Source: an uncultured Gemmatimonadales bacterium (GTDB lineage: Bacteria; Gemmatimonadota; Gemmatimonadetes; Gemmatimonadales; Gemmatimonadaceae). Taken from it: DNA of 64,000 nt. Below, piece after piece: positions 32,109 through 41,042 of this stretch. Positions within the stretch are counted from its first letter, which is position 1; each line of letters starts with the position of its first letter. The notes under the pieces were generated by a model, which was not told the origin of the DNA, made no database searches, and worked only from the letters and a program-made list of their open reading frames with translations. The stretch covers positions 4,480,001 through 4,544,000 of the forward strand of contig OY969695.1 of NCBI GenBank assembly GCA_963701965.1. Reading direction: 5' to 3'. Position numbers and translations under genes: made by a program.

Positions 32109-32806
32109 CCGGCGCCGGCCGTCGGGTCGGCCAAGCGCTGGCCTTGGATCTCGGTGGCGCCGGCGCTCGCGTCGCCGTGCACTATCACGGTTCGGCTACC
32201 GGCGCCGGTGAGACGGTCTCCCGGCTTCAGGCGCTGGGCGTCGAAGCCCGGACATTTGCCGCCGACTTGAGTGACGCCCGCGCCGCGGGCGCGCTCGTGG
32301 ACAGCGTCGCCGATGCGTTCGGCCAGCTCGACGTGCTGGTCAACTCGGCGGGCATCATGCAGCACGTGGCCGTCGCCGACGTCACGCCCGAGGATTGGGA
32401 CACGACGTTCGCCATCAACCTCCGGTCCCAATTCTTCACGTCGCAGGCCGCGGCGCGCCGGATGGGCGCGGGCGGCGTCATTGTGAACATGGCGGACCTC
32501 GCCGGGTTCGAGGCGTGGACCGGATACGTGCCGCATTGCGTGAGCAAGGCCGGCGTCGTCGCCCTGACCCGGGCCTTGGCCCACGCCCTGGGCCCCGGCA
32601 TCCGGGTGAATGCCATAGCCCCTGGCGCCGTCCTCTTGCCCGAGGGCATGGACCACGCCATGGCCGACCGCCTCACCCGCACCACGCCGCTCAAACGACT
32701 CGGCTCGCCCGGGGATGTCGTGCGCGCGATGCGCTATCTGATCGATGCCGACTACGTGACGGGCGAGACGCTCATCGTCGACGGCGGCCGCCATGTCCGA
32801 ACGTGA
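32078..32806 (+). CDS. SDR oxidoreductase, pteridine reductase-like
   Basis: TGAGRRVG, VHY, LVNSA, NAIAPG, DGGRH. The YxxxK catalytic motif appears as HCVSK. Confidence 0.85.
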   Translation: MDLTGRVALVTGAGRRVGQALALDLGGAGARVAVHYHGSATGAGETVSRLQALGVEARTFAADLSDARAAGALVDSVADAFGQLDVLVNSAGIMQHVAVADVTPEDWDTTFAINLRSQFFTSQAAARRMGAGGVIVNMADLAGFEAWTGYVPHCVSKAGVVALTRALAHALGPGIRVNAIAPGAVLLPEGMDHAMADRLTRTTPLKRLGSPGDVVRAMRYLIDADYVTGETLIVDGGRHVRT

Positions 32807-33593
32807 CGGTCGCTCGTATGGTCGCATCACCATCGTCGGCGGTGGCTGCTACGGCTCGTACTATCTGCGCCAGCTGGGTCGTGCGCGCGCCGCGGGCGCG
32901 CTGACCTGGACCCGTCTCACGGTTGTCGATCGAGATCCAGATTGCCGGGTCAGCCCCGAGCTCGGCGAGGCCGGAGGCGACGCCGAATTGGTGACCAGTG
33001 ATTGGACAACGTACTTCCGTGAGTACCTGGACGCGGGGTGCGATGCACCCGCGTCGATTGTCCACGACGCCATCGTGCCGTCCCCACTGATGCCGCACCT
33101 CATGTACGAATGGCTCCGGGATCGCGCCCGGGCGCGGTGGCCCGAGCGCGAGGTGGCGACACGCCCGCTGTCGGCACCACCGCCGACCCCCTGGGAACGC
33201 GCGGCGCCCGACGGCACACACTACGTGAGTTTCGCGACCTGGATCTGCCCGGTGAACTGTATCGAGCCCGCAACGTGCCCGCATACGCGCGGCCCCCGCA
33301 CGTGGACGATGCCGGCGGCCGCCCGCGAATACGTGGACGCCGAGCGGGCCCGGGGGCGATCTATCGCCGGCCCGGCGCTGTTTCCCGTCACCCACCGCGC
33401 CTATGGCGTCGGGATGCTCGACACCCGCGACGTCGTCGCCGCCGACGCGCTCGTTCGCGAGTGCGCCGCGGGCGGTCCGGCCGACGTCCTCGTGGGCACG
33501 GTCTCACACTGTCACGGCGCCCTCTCGGTCCTCTCGATCTCGGCCCCGGTTAATATTCAAGCATGGCGATCATTCGCGACTACGAGATCGTAA
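32793..33593 (+). CDS. Uncharacterised protein with a Rossmann-like N-terminus and Cys/His motifs
   Basis: IVGGGCYG, VVD, PSPLMPH, CPVNCIEPATCPH, SHCHG; overlaps both neighbours. Confidence 0.75.
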   Translation: MSERDGRSYGRITIVGGGCYGSYYLRQLGRARAAGALTWTRLTVVDRDPDCRVSPELGEAGGDAELVTSDWTTYFREYLDAGCDAPASIVHDAIVPSPLMPHLMYEWLRDRARARWPEREVATRPLSAPPPTPWERAAPDGTHYVSFATWICPVNCIEPATCPHTRGPRTWTMPAAAREYVDAERARGRSIAGPALFPVTHRAYGVGMLDTRDVVAADALVRECAAGGPADVLVGTVSHCHGALSVLSISAPVNIQAWRSFATTRS

Positions 33594-34594
33594 TCGTCGG
33601 CGCCGGTCCCGCGGGCATGACCGCGGCGCTCTATGCCGGCCGCGCGATGCGGAACACCGTGGTGCTGGAGTCGATGGCCGATGCGGGCGGCGAGTTGCTG
33701 CGCACGGAGTATCTCGACGACGTCATCGGCTTCCCGATGATCAAGGGCGACGACCTCGCCAAGCGGTTCGAGGAGCACGCCAAGAAGTTCGGCGCCGAGT
33801 TCGTCTATTTCACGGATGTCGCCTCGGTCCGGAAGCTCGACGACGATGTGAATTTCGCGACGGAAACCGTCAACGGTGACGTCTACGAATCGCCGGTCGT
33901 GATCGTGACGTCGGGTGGCACGCCGGTCAAGCTCGGCATTCCGGGCGAGCTCGAGTACGCGGGGCGGGGCGTCAGCTATTGCGCCATCTGCGACGCGAAT
34001 TTCTTTCGGCGGCACACGATCGCGGTGGTGGGCGGCGGGGACGCCGCGTGCGAGGAGGCGGACTATCTCACGCGGTTCGCCGACAAGGTGTATCTGATCC
34101 ACCGGCGCAACGAGTTCCGCGCGTCCAAGGTCATCCAGAAGCACGTCTTCGCGAACCCGAAAATCGAAGTCGTGTTCAACACGGTCGCCGAGGAAGTGCT
34201 GGGCGTCGAGACGCCGACCGGACCGACGATGACGGGCCTGCGCCTGCGCGATGCGGTCACGGGCGCGACGCGCACGCTCGATGTGACCGGGCTCTTCGTG
34301 TTCATCGGGTTCAAGCCCAACACGGGCGTGATCAAGGGGCATTTCGCCCACGACGCGCTGGGTTACGTCATCACCGACAATGCGATGATGTCGTCTATCC
34401 CGGGTCTCTACGTCGCCGGCGACCTGCGGTCGCAGCTCACGCGGCAGGTGACGACGGCGTCCGGCGACGCGACGACGGCGGCCATCGCGGCCGACAAGTA
34501 CATCAAGGATTTGGTCGAGGCGGACGGGCAGGCCGACGACGGTGTCGATGAGGCCGTCAAGGCCTCACACGTCAACCTTGGCGGGTGGACCTGA
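33563..34594 (+). CDS. trxB: Thioredoxin reductase
   Basis: GAGPAG, GRGVSYCAICD, GGGDAA, HRRNEFRA, AGD. Confidence 0.9.
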   Translation: MAIIRDYEIVIVGAGPAGMTAALYAGRAMRNTVVLESMADAGGELLRTEYLDDVIGFPMIKGDDLAKRFEEHAKKFGAEFVYFTDVASVRKLDDDVNFATETVNGDVYESPVVIVTSGGTPVKLGIPGELEYAGRGVSYCAICDANFFRRHTIAVVGGGDAACEEADYLTRFADKVYLIHRRNEFRASKVIQKHVFANPKIEVVFNTVAEEVLGVETPTGPTMTGLRLRDAVTGATRTLDVTGLFVFIGFKPNTGVIKGHFAHDALGYVITDNAMMSSIPGLYVAGDLRSQLTRQVTTASGDATTAAIAADKYIKDLVEADGQADDGVDEAVKASHVNLGGWT

Positions 34595-34597
34595 GAC

Positions 34598-35257
34598 ATG
34601 GCCGCGGCCGATCTCATCATTCGCCCTACGACTGTCGGCGCGTTCGAGGAGAACGCCTATCTCCTCGTCGATCCGGACACCAACGATGCGGTGTACGTGG
34701 ATCCCGGTGCCGAGGGCGATGAGCTGCTGGCCGTGCTGGGCGATACGGGCGCGACGTTGCGCGCGATCTGGCTGACGCACGGCCACGTCGACCACGTGGG
34801 CGGCATCGCCGCCATCCGCCGCGTGCATGATGTCCCGATCTATCTCCATCCCGCCGACCGCCCGCTGTACGATGAGGCGGCGCAGGTCGCCGAACGGTAC
34901 GGGATTCCCTTCGAGGTGCCGCCACCACCGGATCTCGAGCTCCGCGAGGGCCAACGCCTCACCGTCGGCGGCGTGGCGTTCGATGTCGCGCACACGCCCG
35001 GGCACGCGCCGGGCCATGTCGTCTTCCTGGGCCCCGGGCTGGCGTTTGGCGGCGATTTGTTGTTCGCCGGGTCGATCGGCCGCACGGATCTCCCGTTGAG
35101 CGATCCCGCCCGGATGGTGGAGTCGCTGGAGCGGGCCGCGACATGGGATGGCGCGTTGGTGATTCATCCCGGACACGGCCCCTCGACGACGATCGACGAA
35201 GAGCGGCGCTCGAACCCGTTCCTGAGGGGCCTGGCGCGCCCGTTGGCGCGGCGCTGA
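34598..35257 (+). CDS. MBL-fold metallo-hydrolase (glyoxalase II/YcbL-like)
   Basis: THGHVDH, TPGHAPGH, GDLLFAGSIGRTD, PGHG. Confidence 0.92.
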   Translation: MAAADLIIRPTTVGAFEENAYLLVDPDTNDAVYVDPGAEGDELLAVLGDTGATLRAIWLTHGHVDHVGGIAAIRRVHDVPIYLHPADRPLYDEAAQVAERYGIPFEVPPPPDLELREGQRLTVGGVAFDVAHTPGHAPGHVVFLGPGLAFGGDLLFAGSIGRTDLPLSDPARMVESLERAATWDGALVIHPGHGPSTTIDEERRSNPFLRGLARPLARR

Positions 35258-35261
35258 GGCC

Positions 35262-35699
35262 GTGCGCGCCTTCGTGGTGGTCTCGGTCGTATCGGCGTGG
35301 CTCGGTGCCGCGCTGCTCCTCGCCGCGTCGGTGGCGCCGGCTGCGTTCGGCGCGTTGCCGTCGCGGGATCTCGCCGGCGCCGTGATCGGTCGCGTGTTGC
35401 CCGTGGTGTTCATCTCGGGCGCGCTCGCCGGCCTCTTCGCCTTTCTCCTGACGCGCTCCTGGCCCGGGCTGGCGATGGCGGTCGCCTGTGCGATCGCCCA
35501 GTTCGGCGTGGACGCGCGCATCGCGCGGCTTCGGGCGGCGATCGGCGGCCCGGTCGACGCGCTGGCCGCGGACGATCCGCGCCGGGTCGCCTTTGGGCGG
35601 CTCCACGGCGTGAGTGTCACGCTCTTGGGCCTAGCCATGATTGGCGCCGCGGCGGTCGTCGTGGGCGCCGCACTCGCTGCCCGCCCAAGACCTACATAG
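35262..35699 (+). CDS. DUF4149/TMEM205-like membrane protein
   Basis: WLGA...VAPAAF...AGAVIGR and FGRLHGVS; four TM segments. Confidence 0.7.
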   Translation: MRAFVVVSVVSAWLGAALLLAASVAPAAFGALPSRDLAGAVIGRVLPVVFISGALAGLFAFLLTRSWPGLAMAVACAIAQFGVDARIARLRAAIGGPVDALAADDPRRVAFGRLHGVSVTLLGLAMIGAAAVVVGAALAARPRPT

Positions 35700-35710
35700 G
35701 AGACGCGCAC

Positions 35711-36244
35711 GTGGAGACGGCACGACTTCCGATGATACCCGTTGACGCCGATGTCCCCGAGGGGACACGCGCCGTTTTCCAGGCCTTTGTCCGCGAGCGC
35801 GGCGGCGTGCCGAATTTGTTTCGGATCGCGGCGCTGCGGCCGCCGATCGTCGAGACGCTGCAGGCGCACCTGCGCGCGGTGATGGGGCCGGGCGAGGTCG
35901 ACGTGCTGCTCAAGGAGTTGGTCGCCTGCCGCGTGTCGCAGGTGAACGGCTGCGAGTACTGCCTGGCGTCGCACGGGAAGCTGGCGCGCCGGTTCGGCGG
36001 AAACGAGGGCCAAATCGCGGCGCTGGCCGCCGAGGATTACACGAGCTTTGCCCCGGGGTGGGCGGCCGCTTTCGCCTATGCCACCGAGGTCGCCGGTCCC
36101 GGTGGGTGCGTGACCGACGCGACGTTTGCCGCGCTGTCCGAATACTGGAGCGCGCCGCAGATCGTCGAGATCACCGCGGTCGCCGCGGTGTTCAGTCTCT
36201 TCAATCGTTTTGCCAACGCCTTGCAAATTCCGATCACTCTATGA
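35711..36244 (+). CDS. AhpD/carboxymuconolactone decarboxylase-family protein
   Basis: GVPNLFR, KELVACRVSQVNGCEYCLASH, FNRFANAL; GGAG SD before GTG 35711. Confidence 0.88.
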   Translation: METARLPMIPVDADVPEGTRAVFQAFVRERGGVPNLFRIAALRPPIVETLQAHLRAVMGPGEVDVLLKELVACRVSQVNGCEYCLASHGKLARRFGGNEGQIAALAAEDYTSFAPGWAAAFAYATEVAGPGGCVTDATFAALSEYWSAPQIVEITAVAAVFSLFNRFANALQIPITL

Positions 36245-37669
36245 ACGACGCGTTCCGTACCGAAAAGGATCCTCTCGGCCCCCTCGAAGTGCCGGCCGAG
36301 GCGCTCTATGGGGTCCAGACTCAGCGTGCCGTGCAGAACTTCCCGATCAGCGGGCTGCGCGCCCGGCCGTCGTTCATCGACGCGACAGTGCAGATCAAGC
36401 GCGCCGGGGCGCTGACGCACGCGCAGACCGGACGCCTCGACCGCCGCTTGGCGGACGCGATCATTCAGGCGGCCGACGAGGTGTTGCGGGGCGAGTTCCG
36501 CGATCAGTTCGTGGTCGACGTGTATCAGGCCGGGGCCGGCACGTCGCACAACATGAACGTGAACGAGGTCCTGGCGAACCGCGCCAACGAGTTGCTCGGC
36601 GGCCAGCGCGGGACATATACGCCGGTGCACCCGAACGACCACGTCAACATGGCGCAGTCGACGAACGACGTCGTGCCGACGGCGATTCGCCTGGCGTGTC
36701 TCGCCGAGGCGCACCATGTGGCGCGCGAGGCGACGCGGCTGGTGGGCGCGCTGGCGGAGAAGGGCGCCGAGTTCGACGGGGTGATCAAGGCGGGCCGGAC
36801 GCACTTGCAGGATGCGATGCCGATCCGCCTCGGTCAGGAGTTCGCCGCGTACGCGGGCACGATCGCGCGCGGGCTGCAGCGGGTGCAGAGCTCCACGGAG
36901 TTCTTGCGCGACTTGGGGATCGGCGGCAGCGCGGTGGGGACGGGCGTGAACGTGGAGCCGGAGTATCCGGCGCTCATGGTCAAGCATTCTGTCCGATATG
37001 ACGGGCCAGACCCTGCGCGCCGGCGCCGACCGCGTGCAGCTGATGCAGAGCATGGGGGATGTCGCGGGCTACAGCGCGCAGCTCCGCGTGCTGGCGTTGG
37101 ACCTGAGCAAGATCGCCAGCGATCTGCGCCTCTTGGCGAGTGGGCCGCGCACGGGGCTCGATGAGATTCGCATGCCGGCGGTGCAGCCGGGATCGTCGAT
37201 CATGCCGGGCAAGGTGAATCCGTCGATGGCCGAGATGGTGAATCAGGTGTGCTTCCAGGTGATGGGCTGCGACGCGTGCGTGGCGATCGCCGCGGAGCAT
37301 GGCCAGCTCGAGCTCAACGTCATGATGCCGGTGATCGCGTTCAACGTCCTGTTAGCGAGCCAAATCCTGGCCAACGCCATGAAGGAGTTCGCGGATCGTT
37401 CGGTGATCGGTATCGAGGCCAACGTCGAGCAGTGCGCGTACTGGGTGGAGCGGTCGGCGGCGCTGGCGACGGCGCTGGCTCCGCAGATTGGCTACGCCAA
37501 GGCGGCGCAGTTGAGCAAGGAGTCGGTCCTCAAGAACGAGCTGATTCGCGACTTGGTGCGGCGGCTCGAGGTGTTGCCGGCGGAGCAGATCGAGGAAATC
37601 CTCGATCTGCGCAAGATGACGGAGATCGGGGTGCCGGGTGGCGCTCACGGGGGTGTCGCGGCTGGCTAG
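36241..37669 (+). pseudogene. Aspartate ammonia-lyase / class II fumarase split by a +1 frameshift near 36988 (pseudogene or sequencing error)
   Basis: YGVQTQRA, GTSHNMN, HPNDHVN, GRTHLQDA in the first frame; GSSIMPGKVNP and GQLELNV in the next. Deleting one T in AGCATTCTG restores ..VKHLSDMTG.. Confidence 0.85.
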
Positions 37670-37702
37670 CCCGAATACACAAAAAGAGTTAGAGTTAGGT
37701 TC

Positions 37703-38158
37703 GTGCGCATCACCACGTGGGCAGAGTACGGCCTGATCTGTGCGCTGCACCTGGCTAAACGGGCTGCAGAGGGTCCGGTGACTGGGCGCGACCTCGCCGA
37801 GCGCGAGAAGCTGCCCGCGGATTACGTCGAGCAGATCCTGCTGCGGCTCCGCCGGGCGGACGTGGTGCGGAGCACGCGCGGCGCGCACGGTGGGTACGTC
37901 CTGGCACGGCCGGCCGAAGCGGTGTCGGTGCGCGATGTGATCACGGCGTCGGAAGGCGCGACGTTCGATCTGCACTGCGTGAGTCATCCGGTCGAGGAGT
38001 CACGCTGCTCGGAGTCGCATAGCTGCAGCATCCGGCCGGTGTGGCTGCTGTTGCAGGCGAGGATCGACAATGTGCTCGAGGGCATCCACCTCGCGGATCT
38101 GCTGGAGCAGGAGCAGGTCGTGCGGCAACGGGTTGGCCTGCCGGTCCTCCAGGCGTAG
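37703..38158 (+). CDS. Rrf2-family transcriptional regulator (IscR-like, three C-terminal Cys)
   Basis: YVEQILLRL, STRGAHGGYVL, CVSHPVEESRCSESHSC. Confidence 0.92.
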   Translation: MRITTWAEYGLICALHLAKRAAEGPVTGRDLAEREKLPADYVEQILLRLRRADVVRSTRGAHGGYVLARPAEAVSVRDVITASEGATFDLHCVSHPVEESRCSESHSCSIRPVWLLLQARIDNVLEGIHLADLLEQEQVVRQRVGLPVLQA

Positions 38159-38176
38159 CTCGCTCCGCGGTCCGCG

Positions 38177-38755
38177 ATGAACATCACGACGCTCTGGCGT
38201 CGCTGGACGTCGGGCCGGATGTCGGATGGCACGCTGCGCCAGCGGGCGACCGCGGTCGCGCGCGCCGCCTTGGTCGAACCCGACGCATTGGATGTGCAGT
38301 GGCTGGCCGACCGGGGCACGCACGGCGACGAGGACCACGCGCGCTGGGAATGGCGCTACGCACGCCGCGCATTCACGATCATCGTGGCCCAACGCGACGC
38401 GCTCGACGACCGCACGGGATCTTTGGTCGCCGCCGCCGTCGGCTCTCTTTTGGCCCGCGACCCTTTGATCGATGCCTCGAAACGCACCGTAGCCACGCGC
38501 CAATTCAACGATCGCCTAGCGGACTACTCGGCGATTCTCCGCGACCGCGATCCCGCGGTCCCGACAGCCGAGCGCTTAGCCCGCGCGCTGTTCTCTTTCG
38601 CCGGCACACCAAACCCGACCCCGGCCGACATGCTGCGTGGCGGCACCGCGCTTTCGTCGATGGTGGCCGACACGAATGCCACGCTAGCTCACCATTTCGG
38701 CAACGCCGAGCTCCCGGCCGACCTGCCGCCCTCGGCTATAGGTCGCCGGTCCTAG
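38177..38755 (+). CDS. Hypothetical helical protein
   Basis: 192-aa ORF continuing the operon; no motif recognised. Confidence 0.6.
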   Translation: MNITTLWRRWTSGRMSDGTLRQRATAVARAALVEPDALDVQWLADRGTHGDEDHARWEWRYARRAFTIIVAQRDALDDRTGSLVAAAVGSLLARDPLIDASKRTVATRQFNDRLADYSAILRDRDPAVPTAERLARALFSFAGTPNPTPADMLRGGTALSSMVADTNATLAHHFGNAELPADLPPSAIGRRS

Positions 38756-38874
38756 TTTGACGCAAGGTTCTAGTCGTCGGCCGACCCGCGCCAGGATTCC
38801 GCGCAGCGGAATCCCTCCAAAAAGGATGCGTTGATGCGCCACCGGCGCCATCAACGCCCCCCCTGAGGCCATAA

Positions 38875-38905
38875 CAGGGTCCCAGCGCACCGCGCTGGGA
38901 CCCTG
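38875..38905 (-). terminator. Stem-loop downstream of tRNA-Leu, probable terminator between convergent units
   Basis: 14-bp perfect inverted repeat CAGGGTCCCAGCGC / GCGCTGGGACCCTG with a 3-nt loop; only a short TTAT tail on the minus strand. Confidence 0.6.
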
Positions 38906-38907
38906 CT

Positions 38908-38992
<85 letters not shown>

Positions 38993-39003
38993 GAGGAGGG
39001 GGT

Positions 39004-39032
39004 AACATACGGGCCCCCTCTGGCAGGGTCAA
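39004..39032 (-). promoter_or_regulatory. sigma70-type promoter of tRNA-Leu
   Basis: TTGACC-N17-TATGTT on the minus strand, ending 11 nt before the tRNA 5' end. Confidence 0.65.
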
Positions 39033-39092
39033 CGCGCTACCCAACGCCTGGGTGCACAAAGCGTATATTCTTGATAATCGGAGGTTCCAAAC

Positions 39093-39602
39093 ATGCGGAC
39101 CGCAGCGCTCGTTCTGGTAGGGGTCGTCGCCGCGACCACGGCCCAGGCTCAGGGCAACATGTTCGCGCCCATGGCCATGTACGCCACGCAGGCGCAGCAG
39201 ATGGCGCCGATGTTCAACATGCAGTCGCCGACGCGGAGCTTCTTCACCGCGAAGGACCAGCTCATGATGATGAAGTCGGACAACGAGTCGATGGCCAACC
39301 TGACGACCGGCGAATCCCGGCCTCAGCCGGTGAAGGTCGAGGACGCCTCGGAGCGGATGGCCGAGGTCCCGACCGTCTCGCCCCAGGCCGGCTCCTATCA
39401 GGGCACGACGATGGTGACGATCGCCAGCAGCGTTCCGGGCGCGACGATCTACTACTCGCTCGACGGCACGTTGCCGCACTGGGGCTCCCCGCAGTACACG
39501 GGACCCATCAAGGTCTCGCACTCCGCGCACTTGCTGACGTTCGTGGTGCCACCGCACGGCCTGCGGAGCCCCACGGTCGACGTCCAGTACGAGATCCGCT
39601 AG
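39093..39602 (+). CDS. Secreted protein with a Met-rich N-terminus and a chitobiase/beta-hexosaminidase C-terminal (Fn3-associated) domain
   Basis: Signal peptide ending AQA; PTVSPQAGSY...GATIYYSLDGTLP...YTGPI motif; GGAGG SD. Confidence 0.75.
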   Translation: MRTAALVLVGVVAATTAQAQGNMFAPMAMYATQAQQMAPMFNMQSPTRSFFTAKDQLMMMKSDNESMANLTTGESRPQPVKVEDASERMAEVPTVSPQAGSYQGTTMVTIASSVPGATIYYSLDGTLPHWGSPQYTGPIKVSHSAHLLTFVVPPHGLRSPTVDVQYEIR

Positions 39603-39699
39603 TTAGGCGACTCCGACCACTCGGCGTCCCGGGCGAGGCAGGCGACCTGGCTCGGGACGCTATTTGCGTGTGCCGGATCCAAACGCCATCCGGTTGTGG

Positions 39700-40112
39700 T
39701 GTAAGTGTTTGGAGCCGATGCACTGCGGGCCCAGTCTGCCGGCTAGCAACCCCATGGACATCGACAGGCATCGCATCGCCTGCGGTGGTCACTGAAACAG
39801 TCGGCTTTGCGGATGGCGAGAGCAGACTCGCGGGAGTGGTTGAAGGCGCGCTGGTAGCGGCCGGCGCAGAATGACTTGAAGCGACTCCACCGTTGGTTGA
39901 TGGCGCCGCTGTCGATGTCGTCGACGGACCAGGTGCCGAGGAACCTGCCACGCCACCGTGGTGCGAACACGTGCCCCGCCCGTGAGCTTCGATGTCCACC
40001 CATTGGCACATGTCGCCTGCGCTGCGAGTGGTGACGCACCAGCGACCCAAAGCGACGCGAGGACCGATACGGTGCGTCGAATAGGGACTCTGATTCGTCG
40101 GGTCGTTTCCAA
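39700..40112 (-). pseudogene. Frameshifted DUF3761-like secreted protein
   Basis: Signal-like VSVLASLWVAGASPLAAQ-ATCANGWTSKLTG in one frame continues as RGTCSHHGGV plus a Ser/Thr/Pro linker in another; one base is missing near 39980. The 3' end is uncertain. Confidence 0.55.
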
Positions 40113-40121
40113 CGGCCAGCC

Positions 40122-40364
40122 CTAGTGCGACTTCGGGTGCGGATAGCGCCTCGTGTAGGGCGCTACGTGTGTGCCGTTCTTCTTGGTGTATCCTCTCACG
40201 TGCACGCGTGGGCCGGCGGCGTGAGGCACCTTCGGATGCGAGGTGGCAGGATGATGATGGCCGCTTCCACCTGGACCTGAACTCGCTGCTGCAACGCCCG
40301 CCGTGAGACCGAGTCCAAGCAATGCGATAACAAGGCGACGGGCCATTGAGCGGACAGTGACCAT
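40122..40364 (-). CDS. Small secreted His/basic protein with a VHVRGYTKKNGTHVAPYTR motif
   Basis: AGGGGG SD, signal peptide, and a C-terminal GYxKxxGTxVxPxxR motif that I recall from small proteins of mobile regions. Confidence 0.6.
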   Translation of the reverse strand: MVTVRSMARRLVIALLGLGLTAGVAAASSGPGGSGHHHPATSHPKVPHAAGPRVHVRGYTKKNGTHVAPYTRRYPHPKSH

Positions 40365-41042
40365 CACGACCCCCTGAGACGAGAACAGTCGATACCGGGA
40401 TAGAACATGGCACAAATACGGAGTAGGACAAGGGCACAATTGTGACACCCTGCGTCCGGCCCGGGCGACCACACATTGCTGTCTTGCAATATGAGCGCAC
40501 GTCGCTCGTTTCCTCCCCAACGAATACGCCGGCGACTTCGGCGCCGCGAGCGTACACGGATCTGGGGTGGTTCCGCACAAGGGCGCGCGACGACTTGGAA
40601 CATCGAGGGGAGCGGGGTCCTCCCGGGCGATCAATTATCTCATCGTCGAGGGCCGACGACTGCACCGATCCGTGGCGCAGGAGGCTTGGGTGCCAAGATC
40701 TTTCGAGCCGAGAACGCTCCGGAGCCACGGGCGGGGTTTCGGTCACACCGCTTGAGCCGCACAAAGCGCGTCGTTGCTGGTTGGCATTCGTGGTTTTCGG
40801 TTGACCACCGCGCTCGGGACCATAAAGATTTTGACGGCGCCAAATGCGCCGCCGACTGCTTAGAACGGTTTCCCGATCCACCTGTTAGATCGTCACGCCG
40901 AACTCCCGGCGGCCGGCTACTACTGCCGCCAGGATCAGAGACGCCGGGAATGGGTAGGGTGAATCCTCCCGCTTAGCAGTGCCAACGTAGTGGGCGGCGC
41001 CACGGCAACGCCCCGATGCATAATCCCTGAGAAAACCAGTCG

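Noticed and set aside
39508..40881. 457-aa minus-strand ORF
   Set aside because: It has no coherent domain and overlaps better-supported ORFs; only the RGTCSHHGGV segment looks genuine.
39602..40890. GTTAGGC and GTTAGAT as integron attC cores
   Set aside because: No matching RYYYAAC inverse cores, attC hairpins or intI were found.
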